A stretch of 64,000 nt of DNA, from positions 576,001-640,000 of the forward strand of contig JAVYVS010000001.1 of the NCBI GenBank assembly GCA_038727515.1, written 5' to 3'. The notes below the pieces were generated by a model. It saw only the letters and a list, made by a program, of their open reading frames with translations, was not told where the DNA came from and searched no databases. The stretch is from Candidatus Methanomethylicia archaeon (GTDB lineage: Archaea; Thermoproteota; Methanomethylicia; Culexarchaeales; Culexarchaeaceae). The translations under genes were made by a program, and so were the position numbers. This document shows positions 18,746 to 28,222 of the stretch, piece by piece. Within the stretch, counting starts at the first letter, position 1. Every line of letters begins with the position of its first letter.

Positions 18746-21313
18746 GTGTTAAGTAATAGAGGGTTAAATTATCCATTTACAGCAATAGTAGGTCAAGAGA
18801 AAGTGAAGAAGGCATTACTCACAATACTAGTGGACCCAACAATAAGTGGAGTACTAATAATAGGACCAAAAGGTTCTGGAAAAACTATTATCGCACGCTC
18901 CATAGTAGACTTATTACCAGAAATAGAAATTGTTGAAGGATGTACTTTCCATTGCAACCCATATAAAGTGGAAGAAATGTGTAATCAATGTAAAGAGAAG
19001 ATTACCAATGGAGAAAAGATTGAAATTGCAAAAATGAAAATGCCATTTGTAGAATTACCAATAAGTGCTACAGAAGATAGAGTAGTAGGATCAATAGATT
19101 GGGAAAAAGCTATAAGAGAAGGTGTGAAAGCTTTTCAACTAGGATTATTAGCGCAAGCAAATAGAGGAATACTATATATTGATCAAGTAAATATACTCCC
19201 AGATTCTTTAATAGATGTAATACTTGATGCTTCAGCATCTGGATGGAATGTAGTGGAGAGAGAAGGAATAAAATTGGTGCATCCAGCTAGATTTACATTG
19301 ATTGGTACAATAAACCCTGAAGAAGGAACTTTAAGACCACAAATACTGGATAGATTTGCATTATGTGTAAAAATGGAAGATATAACAGATGTAGAACGTA
19401 GAAATACCATAGCCATTAGAAACATGTTATTTGAAGAGGATCCATTAAAATTCATTGAAGAATGGAAAGAAAAACAGATTGAAGTAAAAAAGAAAATAGA
19501 AGAAGCAAGGAAAATTCTCCCAATGGTAAAAGTTCCGAGGGAAGTTGAAGAAAAAACAGTGGAATTATGTATAAAGATGAATGTAGATGGTCATAGGCCA
19601 GACATTATTATAACTAAAGTATCAAGAGTATTAGCAGCTTTAGATGGAAGATTAGAAGTATGTATTGATGACATACTTAGTGCAGCTGAATTAGCATTAC
19701 CACATAGAATTAAAGGTGAAGAATTTAAGCAGATAACTAGTGAAGAATTGAAGCAGACACTAGCATTAGCAACCACAGTTTCAAAAGCAGAAGATAAAGC
19801 TGAAGAAACTGAAGAAGAAATAAAACAAGTGAAAGTTGAAATTGGAGAAGGAATGGCTTTACCACAAATATCAAAACCTCCTGAAATTAAGAAGAAGACA
19901 TGGAATATACCTATGCCAATAGCATTAGTGATAATGATGGTTATGTATTATTTTGTCTTCTATTTTGCATTTGCAGCAGTAACATTAATGTTTGCTGGAA
20001 CTATGGGTAAGGGATGGGAAGAGGTTAGTGAATTAATGAGTGGAGAATTATATAAATGGGCTGCAATAGCACTTGGAGGATACATGCTTCTTCAAACAAT
20101 TCTTAATGCATTATCGAGGAGGAGAAAGATAGCTTATGTTAAAGCCGTTAGAGTACAGGAGGAGGAGGCAAAGAGGATAATTACACATAGAATTTTAGTA
20201 AAAGAACAGATAGTGGAGGCTCCTCCACCAATACAGAAATTTGGTGCAAGAGCATTTCAATACATATCATTATTAGGTACAAAGATTCTTTCAAGTTATA
20301 GGGCAGCTATAGATAAGGGTAGAAAGATCTTTCAAAGTATTTATGATGTAATGGCAACTCCACCACCAATGTTCAAAATAACATTATCCTCAGAATATAT
20401 GAAGGGGAGGAAGAAGGGAAGAGCAGAAGTTTCCAGAGGAGTATGGATTAGGAGGGGGAAATATGTTAAACATGCATTACCAAAGGAAAAACCATATGAT
20501 ATCGCCATAGCGCCAACAATAAGAAGTGCAGCTCCAAAACAAAAGATTAGAAGTAAAAGACAAGGTGTAGCAATAAACATAGATTATGATGATATAAGGG
20601 TTAAAGTCAAAGAAACAAGAATGCCACTAATAACCATGATAGTTTTAGATATAAGTGAATCTATGGTTTCCTCAATAGAAAGCGTAAAAGCTGCAATAAG
20701 AGGCTTACAAAAGGGAGCTCATGCTAAGAGGGATAAAATTGGATTAATAGTATTTAAAGGTAAACATGCAGAAGTACTGCAATATCCAACAACAAACGTA
20801 AATGCGGTAGTGGAGAAATTAATTAATGTTGGTGTAAGTGATTTCACACCTCTAGCTGCAGGTTTAAAGAAGGCTAGGGAAATACTTATGATGGAGAAAT
20901 CAAAAATGAAGGAATCTATACCAGTAATGGTTATAATATCAGATGGAATAGCAAACGTACCATTAGAAAATCCATTATCACCAGAGAATAGAAGTAGATT
21001 TCTAAATCCAGCTCAAGCAGATGCACTGGATATAGCGAGATTAATAGCTAAAGATGGAATAAAAACAATAGTGATAAATACAGATCATAGATCAGATGAA
21101 ATATACAAGAGGATATATTATAGAAGGGATATGCAAGTAGTATTTTATACACCAACTGCATTAATGATGGAATTAGCAAAAATAACTAGAGGAAAATACT
21201 ATGGATTAAGAGCAGATAAACCAATAGCAGAAATAGTTATAGAAGATGTTGTAAGTCAAATGCTAATAATACCGGAGAAAGCTATGGAACCAATAGGATT
21301 CTATATGGAGTAG
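18746..21313 (+). CDS. ChlI/ChlD-like AAA+ ATPase - transmembrane hairpin - vWA fusion protein
   Basis: YPFTAIVGQE, Walker A GPKGSGKT, ATEDRVVG, LLAQANRGILYIDQVN, NPEEG.LRPQILDRF, ALPHR; two hydrophobic helices mid-protein; vWA MIDAS DISES / TPL / ISDG. Confidence 0.88.
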   Translation: MLSNRGLNYPFTAIVGQEKVKKALLTILVDPTISGVLIIGPKGSGKTIIARSIVDLLPEIEIVEGCTFHCNPYKVEEMCNQCKEKITNGEKIEIAKMKMPFVELPISATEDRVVGSIDWEKAIREGVKAFQLGLLAQANRGILYIDQVNILPDSLIDVILDASASGWNVVEREGIKLVHPARFTLIGTINPEEGTLRPQILDRFALCVKMEDITDVERRNTIAIRNMLFEEDPLKFIEEWKEKQIEVKKKIEEARKILPMVKVPREVEEKTVELCIKMNVDGHRPDIIITKVSRVLAALDGRLEVCIDDILSAAELALPHRIKGEEFKQITSEELKQTLALATTVSKAEDKAEETEEEIKQVKVEIGEGMALPQISKPPEIKKKTWNIPMPIALVIMMVMYYFVFYFAFAAVTLMFAGTMGKGWEEVSELMSGELYKWAAIALGGYMLLQTILNALSRRRKIAYVKAVRVQEEEAKRIITHRILVKEQIVEAPPPIQKFGARAFQYISLLGTKILSSYRAAIDKGRKIFQSIYDVMATPPPMFKITLSSEYMKGRKKGRAEVSRGVWIRRGKYVKHALPKEKPYDIAIAPTIRSAAPKQKIRSKRQGVAINIDYDDIRVKVKETRMPLITMIVLDISESMVSSIESVKAAIRGLQKGAHAKRDKIGLIVFKGKHAEVLQYPTTNVNAVVEKLINVGVSDFTPLAAGLKKAREILMMEKSKMKESIPVMVIISDGIANVPLENPLSPENRSRFLNPAQADALDIARLIAKDGIKTIVINTDHRSDEIYKRIYYRRDMQVVFYTPTALMMELAKITRGKYYGLRADKPIAEIVIEDVVSQMLIIPEKAMEPIGFYME

Positions 21314-21322
21314 GTATAGGGT

Positions 21323-23311
21323 TTACAATCCAATTAAAGTTAATGATAAATTTGTTAACCAACCCAAAAATATTGAAAGGATTACTGTAAAAAGCGATAT
21401 TAATGTAGCTCTCTTCCAACCTTCTTCCCTAACACAAGCGGCTATTGTAGCTACACATGGAATGAAGAACATTACAATAATTGTGAATACAAGCATTTGT
21501 TTAAACGTCATAAACATTCGAAGATCACTTGAACCAAAAAGTTCTTCGAGCATAATTAACGCAAGTTCTTTCCTAAGTATACCAAAAATCAATGGGAACC
21601 CAGCTATAATAGGCAATCCCAATAAACCGGAAATCAATGGTGACATAATGTATGAAATAGGTTCAACCAAATTTAATTGATAAAATAAACTTAAAATTAC
21701 ACTTCCAACAACTATTAAAGGCGAAGCCTCATAAAGGAAGCTCTCAACTCTACGCCAAGTCTTAATTAAAATAGCTCTTAAAAATGGTTTTCGGTAATCA
21801 GGCATCTCCATTATCAAACCCACAGGACATCCAGGTAGAACCTTATTTAAAAGAAGACCAATTAATATCACCACAAATATATTAACCACATAGAGAAGTA
21901 ATCCATAAATTAAACCAATATATTTGCCTACAATCCCTAATATCACCACAGTCCTAGCACTACATGGTATTAAAACAACTAGAAAACTCAAAAGAAACTT
22001 TTCACGATCACTTTCCATAATTCTACATCCTAAACATGCGGGAACATTACAACCATAACCCAACATTAGAGGTAGAAAAGCTTTCCCATGTAAACCGATT
22101 CTATGCATAAAAGCATCCATTAAATACGCAGCTCGAGGCATATACCCAGTATCTTCCAAAATTGAGAGAATAAAATAGAATGGTAAAATGTAAGGTAACG
22201 ATATTGTTAAAACAGCAATAAAACCATTGATTAAACCACCAACAATAATACCATATAAAGGTTCAGGAAGATGATATAACAATAAACTAGAAATTTGAGG
22301 CATAAACACATCATCAAATATATAATCCAATAAGCTTTCAAGAAAACTTCCACCAATAAAGATGAAATAGAAAATCCCAAAAAACACCAACACCAATATC
22401 AGATATCCAATTATGGGATGAGTAGTCCAATAGTTCAATCTATCTGAAAGAGAAAGGCGTATAGCTTCTTTTTCAATAAATTGAACATTTGCAAGGATAT
22501 CCCTATTTATTATACCATACCGTTCAGAAGATATTATTGATGTTATGGATTCACCATGAATCTTCTCCAATTCTTCAATAAATTCTTGAACTAACAATAA
22601 TACAACTTTACCTTCATCTAACTCACTAACCATTCTTAAAACATGATCATCCCTCTCAAGTAGTTTTATGGAAATCCACCTTGAAGGATATTTTGAACAT
22701 AAATTAGGAAGATATCTCTCCACGATTTTAGCTATAATTGAAACCTTCTCTTCAACTTCTCTACCATACCTAACTTTAAATGGTGATAAACGTATTCTAC
22801 CCTCAAAAACATCAACAATAGTTTTAACAAGTTTATCAATACCACTACCAGTTACAGCAATCATAGGTATAACAGGAACTCCAAGAATTCTACTCAATTT
22901 TTCAACATCTATACGTAAACCTTTACTTTGAGCTACATCCATTAAATTTAATGCAATAATTAATGGAGCGTTTAATTCAAACAATTGTAGTGTTAAATAC
23001 AAATTTCTTTCCAGTACAGAAGCATCAACAACATTAACTACAATATCGGGCTTAGCTGAAACAATATATTCCCTAGCAATAATTTCCTCTTCAGAATAAG
23101 TGGAAAGAGAATATATACCAGGTAAATCTATAACATTTATTTCATAATCACCATAAATCAATTTACCTTCAGCTTTCTCTACAGTTTTACCAGGCCAATT
23201 ACCAACTATCTGACTGCCACCAACAAGATTATTAAAAATAACACTTTTACCCACATTAGGCTGACCAGCCAATGCAACATTAATCCTCTTTCTAACCATA
23301 TAAACCATCAC
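21323..23311 (-). CDS. feoB: Ferrous iron transporter FeoB
   Basis: G1 GQPNVGKS, GNWPGKTVE, DLPG, NLMD; LEDTGYMPR, GYGCNVP, IPCSAR, MEMPDY, PCVAT membrane motifs. Confidence 0.96.
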   Translation of the reverse strand: MMVYMVRKRINVALAGQPNVGKSVIFNNLVGGSQIVGNWPGKTVEKAEGKLIYGDYEINVIDLPGIYSLSTYSEEEIIAREYIVSAKPDIVVNVVDASVLERNLYLTLQLFELNAPLIIALNLMDVAQSKGLRIDVEKLSRILGVPVIPMIAVTGSGIDKLVKTIVDVFEGRIRLSPFKVRYGREVEEKVSIIAKIVERYLPNLCSKYPSRWISIKLLERDDHVLRMVSELDEGKVVLLLVQEFIEELEKIHGESITSIISSERYGIINRDILANVQFIEKEAIRLSLSDRLNYWTTHPIIGYLILVLVFFGIFYFIFIGGSFLESLLDYIFDDVFMPQISSLLLYHLPEPLYGIIVGGLINGFIAVLTISLPYILPFYFILSILEDTGYMPRAAYLMDAFMHRIGLHGKAFLPLMLGYGCNVPACLGCRIMESDREKFLLSFLVVLIPCSARTVVILGIVGKYIGLIYGLLLYVVNIFVVILIGLLLNKVLPGCPVGLIMEMPDYRKPFLRAILIKTWRRVESFLYEASPLIVVGSVILSLFYQLNLVEPISYIMSPLISGLLGLPIIAGFPLIFGILRKELALIMLEELFGSSDLRMFMTFKQMLVFTIIVMFFIPCVATIAACVREEGWKRATLISLFTVILSIFLGWLTNLSLTLIGL

Positions 23312-23931
23312 TTTAAACGTTTAACGTAAATTCTAGATGCAATACCCCTACCAATAACTATCTCATAACCTCTAACCCTTAGGATAAATGGGCCTCCAAA
23401 TGGACCTGCAGATAAAACTTCTAACTCTATTCCAGGTGTCAACCCCATATCTGAAAGCCTCCTAAGAATACCGTAACCACCCATAGCATACATAAATACC
23501 CCCCTCTCTCCCGGGCGAAGATTCGTTAGTGGTTCAGCTTCTTCAACATTGCCATCAAATTTTGAGAGAAAATCTTTAAGGGAATTGATCTCGTCGTCAT
23601 CTAAACCATGGCTATACTTTAAATGTTCATGAACAACACCAGAACTTATATTTTCTAAATCACATTTACCATGAATTAATTTGTCATGTATAAAGGTTTG
23701 TCTATAATTTAATACGAAGTCTCGTCCTGCTTCTGTTAAACTTAGATTATCACCCGAGATTAAACCTTTATTTAGAGCTAATTTTAAGACTTCATTAACA
23801 AATAAGGGAGGAATACTAAGTTTCTTTGATATTAAATCTATAGTGGGTTGAATACCTGAAAGAGTCATAGAATATATTGTTTCTAGAACTTTTGGCATTA
23901 ATCTTTCCACTAAATCCATATCATAACCCAT
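23308..23931 (-). CDS. feoA: FeoA-domain protein with N-terminal degenerate DtxR-like/wHTH region
   Basis: C-terminal PLTNLRPGERG...RRLSDMGLTPG...PFGGP...VRG..IVIGRGIA (FeoA SH3); N-terminal helical/wHTH region rich in His. ATG at 23931 follows GGAGG (track start 23964). Confidence 0.8.
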   Translation of the reverse strand: MGYDMDLVERLMPKVLETIYSMTLSGIQPTIDLISKKLSIPPLFVNEVLKLALNKGLISGDNLSLTEAGRDFVLNYRQTFIHDKLIHGKCDLENISSGVVHEHLKYSHGLDDDEINSLKDFLSKFDGNVEEAEPLTNLRPGERGVFMYAMGGYGILRRLSDMGLTPGIELEVLSAGPFGGPFILRVRGYEIVIGRGIASRIYVKRLK

Positions 23932-23935
23932 AATT

Positions 23936-24397
23936 CTAAACCTCCAAGGGGCATTTACCACCATTCAAACAAATGTTATTACATGGAAGAGGATTACCAT
24001 GTGGACATTGAGAAGGTATATTTAGAACTTTGCAAATTCTAAAAACACTTTTATCATCAATATAATGTTCAATTGAGCAAATCTCAGATATGACTTTTTC
24101 ATCGATATTAAACTTTAACAGATAATTATACAAACACTCTAGAATTTCTCTTTTAAGAATGTATTTGAAAGCAAGGTTTTCCCCTTCAATAGTTAATTTC
24201 ACACCCCTATAAGGAACATAATTGCAAAGTCCAATATTATTAAGCCTTTGAACAGCTTCAGTAGTGGTAGATTTAGAAACCCCTAAAAATTCAGCTAAAC
24301 TAGAATTATTAACCCAACCATCACTACTAATTTTCATCAAACTATAAATTGCAATGAGATAATCTTCAATTCTCTTATGTTTAAAGATTTCAGACAC
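23936..24397 (-). CDS. DtxR/MntR family metal-dependent transcriptional regulator
   Basis: EDYLIAIY, LAEFLGVSKSTTTEAVQRL HTH, YVPYRGVKLT, CSIEH, CPHGNP; first gene of the feo operon. Confidence 0.9.
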   Translation of the reverse strand: MSEIFKHKRIEDYLIAIYSLMKISSDGWVNNSSLAEFLGVSKSTTTEAVQRLNNIGLCNYVPYRGVKLTIEGENLAFKYILKREILECLYNYLLKFNIDEKVISEICSIEHYIDDKSVFRICKVLNIPSQCPHGNPLPCNNICLNGGKCPLEV

Positions 24398-24406
24398 AGA
24401 AAAATG

Positions 24407-24444
24407 TTATTAAACAGTTTAATAAAAATTTCGGTTATACGAAA
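24407..24444 (-). promoter_or_regulatory. Promoter/operator of dtxR-feoA-feoB with two palindromes
   Basis: Minus-strand TTTATTAA TATA about 22-30 nt upstream of the GTG, with BRE-like CCGAAA. Perfect inverted repeat TTATTAAAC-A-GTTTAATAA (24407-24425) and TTTCG-GTTATA-CGAAA (24429-24444), the latter resembling a DtxR-type box. Confidence 0.6.
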
Positions 24445-24488
24445 AGTGTATACAAAAATCAATATAAAAATATATATTGTTGAAATAA

Positions 24489-26054
24489 TTATATATTGAT
24501 GAAATAATGTTTAAGTTTACCATTCTCAAGGTTAAAAACTATCCTCTTCAACCATTCATTGGATTCATTTGGATAATCAACTCTGTAATGAGCCCCTCTA
24601 CTTTCTTCACGAATTAAACTTGAACATGCTACAACTTCTGATACTAAAAGCATATTTTCAAATTCTAGAAACTTTAAAACATCAAGTCTTGAGGATATGG
24701 ATACATCAGAAACTTTAACCTTTAAATCATTAATAAGTTTTAAAAGCTCCATTAAACTATTACCGCTACGAATAACACCACAATTCCTCCACATACCCCT
24801 CTTTAATTCCAATCTTAAATCATCAATTATATAAGAGCCAGAACGGGGAAAATTGATTTTATTGGAAAATGATTTCATAATCTCACTAGAATCAATCTTT
24901 TTTAAATCTTTTTGAAGAGCATATTTTGAAGCTTGATATCCAGCTATAGCACCAAAAACAATAGTCTCAGTAAGCGCATTACCTCCAAGTCTATTTGCAC
25001 CATGAACTCCACCACAAACTTCACCACAAGCATAAAGCCCTCGAATATTAGTACTGCAATTATCATCTATTAATATTCCACCCATAGTAAAATGAGCTGT
25101 GGGAGCAACCTTAAACTTACTACCACTCAAACCAAAAATCTTAATAAGATGTACTGATGATTCAGGCATAACTTCCATTGGATCCATATTTCCAATATCC
25201 ATTATTAAAGCATCATCAATACCAAATCCATTTAATATTTCGGTAAAGAGAGCTCTTGAAAATAAATCTCTATTTTCAATTATGATTCTACCTAAAGGTT
25301 TATTGAAACCATATTTTAAAATGACATCTTCACCAACATTATTAATGATCTTTGCATTATAAGCTGGGAAAAGCCATGATGGTTTCCCCTTCTCAGCTAA
25401 ACCTAGAGGGAAAAATTGAGTAAACTCCATATCCACGAGTTTGGCTCCAGCTCTTAACGCCATAGCACATCCATCACCAGAAACTCTAATAGGATTATCA
25501 TTTCTCATGAAAACCTGGCTAAACCCTCCCGTTGAAATAATTACCGATTTTGAATATACTGGTATAAGTTTATTTGATGGTAAATGTAATATTAATGCGC
25601 CGTAAACTTCATGTTCATCAACTATTAAATCTAAAACCATAGAATTCTCTAGAAATGTTACATTGATCCTCTTGGCATAATCCCTTAAAGGCTTAATTAA
25701 ACCTAAACCAGCAGTTAAAGGACCATCACCAACACTAGCCCCTCCATCCCTAAACTTTATATCAACATTGAAATTTCTTAATTCCATTAATCTATTTGAA
25801 GCTTCATTTACAAGAACTTTAACAAGTTTACGATCATTAATAAATCTACCACCAATAATAGTATCCTCAAAATGTCTTTCTACACTATATGAGCCAAAGG
25901 CAGCTCTAAAACCTCCACCAACATATAAACTACATGAAGCAAAACCAATAGGAGCTTTAGAAACTAATATAACATTAACACCCATTCTCTTAGCTTCAAT
26001 AGAAGCTCTAAGACCAGCAGCTCCACCACCAATCACTAAGACATCAGTTTCCAA
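24489..26054 (-). CDS. FAD-dependent oxidoreductase of the FrdA/SdhA/NadB/TfrA flavoprotein family
   Basis: DVLVIGGGAAG, STGG, SGDG..MA, DMEF.QF, RD..SR, AHFTMGG, GEVCGGVHGANRLGGNAL, REESRGAHYR.D.P. Confidence 0.9.
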   Translation of the reverse strand: METDVLVIGGGAAGLRASIEAKRMGVNVILVSKAPIGFASCSLYVGGGFRAAFGSYSVERHFEDTIIGGRFINDRKLVKVLVNEASNRLMELRNFNVDIKFRDGGASVGDGPLTAGLGLIKPLRDYAKRINVTFLENSMVLDLIVDEHEVYGALILHLPSNKLIPVYSKSVIISTGGFSQVFMRNDNPIRVSGDGCAMALRAGAKLVDMEFTQFFPLGLAEKGKPSWLFPAYNAKIINNVGEDVILKYGFNKPLGRIIIENRDLFSRALFTEILNGFGIDDALIMDIGNMDPMEVMPESSVHLIKIFGLSGSKFKVAPTAHFTMGGILIDDNCSTNIRGLYACGEVCGGVHGANRLGGNALTETIVFGAIAGYQASKYALQKDLKKIDSSEIMKSFSNKINFPRSGSYIIDDLRLELKRGMWRNCGVIRSGNSLMELLKLINDLKVKVSDVSISSRLDVLKFLEFENMLLVSEVVACSSLIREESRGAHYRVDYPNESNEWLKRIVFNLENGKLKHYFINI

Positions 26055-26101
26055 AAGATCACCAAAAATAATATGAAATTACAAGATATAAACTAAATCA
26101 T

Positions 26102-26920
26102 TTAAAACATAACTTTAGATAGTATAAAATTGTATAAATCGACTCTTCTATCATTTAAAACATTATTCAATGGTGTTATCCATTTATCTCTAGCTATAAG
26201 TGGATCTACATCAACTATCCCTACAACTTCTTCAGATTCTCCAGCTGAAAGTAGAACTTCCATATTTGGATTAACAATTTGACTTAAACCAGTATACCTT
26301 AATTTTAATCCACCCCTCTCTTCAACACCAACTCTATTAGCAGTAACCGTGTAAACTCTGTTTTCAATAGCCCTAACCCTCATAGCCATTTGAGCATATT
26401 GTAAAACCAAATTCGCTGGATGACAAATTATATCAGCACCTTTTAAAGCTAAGATCCTCGCAACCTCAGGAAAACACCAATCAAAACATATCATAATTCC
26501 AATTCTAGCTAAACCAATATCATAAACATTAAAATCAGAATTTCCAGCATCAAAAAATAGCTTTTCCCTATTAAATAAATGAGCTTTACGATAAACACCA
26601 ATAAGACCATTAGGCCCAATCAAAACAGCTGAATTATACAGTTTATCAACATACTTTTCAGCTAAACCAGCAACTATAAATACATGCTTCTTATATGCGA
26701 AGTCAATAAGCTTTCTACAAGTATATCCATTAGGTATTTCTTCAGCTAAATCTAAAACTTCACTTCTACTAGTAAATAAATAACCAGTATTAAATAATTC
26801 TGGTAAAACTATAAGGTCAAAGGATGATTCTGAAAGCATCATTAATGCCTTTTCAACATTATCTTCAATTTCACCAAATTTTGGATTAAACTGTAGGAAT
26901 CCTATCTTCAAAACTATCAT
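26102..26920 (-). CDS. Carbon-nitrogen hydrolase (nitrilase superfamily)
   Basis: Glu-Lys-Cys triad: LPELFNTGY, YRKAHLF, ICFDWCFPE; RAIEN, NRVG. Confidence 0.92.
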   Translation of the reverse strand: MIVLKIGFLQFNPKFGEIEDNVEKALMMLSESSFDLIVLPELFNTGYLFTSRSEVLDLAEEIPNGYTCRKLIDFAYKKHVFIVAGLAEKYVDKLYNSAVLIGPNGLIGVYRKAHLFNREKLFFDAGNSDFNVYDIGLARIGIMICFDWCFPEVARILALKGADIICHPANLVLQYAQMAMRVRAIENRVYTVTANRVGVEERGGLKLRYTGLSQIVNPNMEVLLSAGESEEVVGIVDVDPLIARDKWITPLNNVLNDRRVDLYNFILSKVMF

Positions 26921-26956
26921 TAAAAAATAGTAAAGTTGAGTTATTAAAGATTTATT

Positions 26957-28153
26957 TTAGCATGGTATTGTTAAGCTATCTATATCCCTTGGATAAAATG
27001 TTACAATTTCAACTCCATCATCAGTTATTATTACGGTATCTGAATGTCTAAAACCGGCAAATCCAGGTATATATATTCCAGGTTCACATGAGAAAACCAT
27101 ACCTGGCTTTAAAATTGTTTGATCACCATCTTCAATCCATGGAGGTTCATGTCCTTGGAGCCCAATACCATGACCAACCCTATGCAAAATGTATTCTGAT
27201 GGTACACCTTCTTCTTTGAATACTTTAAAAGCAGCCTTATTTACATCACTACATTTAACTCCTGGTTTAAAAGCATCTAGAGAAGCTTGCTGAGCTTTCA
27301 ACATTATATTAAAGTATTTGATTTGTTTATCATTTGGTTTTCCAACGATCATAGTTCTTTCAAGTTCAGAATTATACCCCCCAATTCTAGCACCAGCTCC
27401 AGTAACAAGGACATCACCTTCACGTATAACAATATTTGAAGCTAACATATGTGGATATGCAGAATAAACCCCTATTTGACCTCTAAAACCAGCTGAAGCT
27501 GGAAGCATAGTTCCAGGTTCAAATTCAGGTCCAAGAGCTTTAATCATAGCAAGTGAAGCTTCAAAACTAGCTCTAGCAGCAACTTCAATCTCTAAAGCTC
27601 CGGGATAAACATATTCCTGGAGAAGTTTATGAGCTAAATTACCCCACTTAGCACTTTCCCTTATAAGTGAAAGTTCTTCTTCATCCTTAATAATACGCAT
27701 ATCACTTATAATTTTCCCAAGATTTTCAATTTTAACAGTAGGTAATACTTCACCTAATGATGGCCCGACATAACCCATAATACCAGGATATCCAGGGGCA
27801 TCTACAGCAATCTTTTTATCACCAAGTTTTAATTCTTCTAATCCCCTCGCTAAAACTTTCATTGGATGTTCAACACCAGGATATTCAAAATAGACAATCC
27901 TCTTTTTAATATGTGGGACTCTAAATTTTGAATGATCTTCTTCAAGTCTTGGTATAAATAGTATAGGTTCATCATCCACTGGAAGTATTAGTGCAGTAGG
28001 CCTCTCAGTTGAAATTATCGTATATCCAACAAGATAGAAAACATTTAAAGGTGTGAATAAGATCATCGCTTTACACTCACGTTTTTCAAGTTCTTTACGA
28101 ATATAATTCATCCTTTTCTCATGCGTCTTCCAACTAATAGCATATCTACCCAT
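26957..28153 (-). CDS. M24 (pita-bread fold) hydrolase, Xaa-Pro peptidase/creatinase-like with altered metal ligands
   Basis: Creatinase_N domain, R.IKD.EE, YPH, ELERT, HRVGHGIG..GHEPP, EPGIY, RHSDTV. Confidence 0.85.
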   Translation of the reverse strand: MGRYAISWKTHEKRMNYIRKELEKRECKAMILFTPLNVFYLVGYTIISTERPTALILPVDDEPILFIPRLEEDHSKFRVPHIKKRIVYFEYPGVEHPMKVLARGLEELKLGDKKIAVDAPGYPGIMGYVGPSLGEVLPTVKIENLGKIISDMRIIKDEEELSLIRESAKWGNLAHKLLQEYVYPGALEIEVAARASFEASLAMIKALGPEFEPGTMLPASAGFRGQIGVYSAYPHMLASNIVIREGDVLVTGAGARIGGYNSELERTMIVGKPNDKQIKYFNIMLKAQQASLDAFKPGVKCSDVNKAAFKVFKEEGVPSEYILHRVGHGIGLQGHEPPWIEDGDQTILKPGMVFSCEPGIYIPGFAGFRHSDTVIITDDGVEIVTFYPRDIDSLTIPC

Positions 28154-28222
28154 AAAAACACCAAATAAAACTAGATAAATAGAGTATAAAGCTTTAACTA
28201 AATAATAAATAAAACTATAAGA

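Noticed and set aside
18746-21313. Photosynthetic Mg-chelatase / chlorophyll synthesis
   Set aside because: No ChlH or other bch genes are present; ChlI/D-like proteins are widespread in non-phototrophic archaea.
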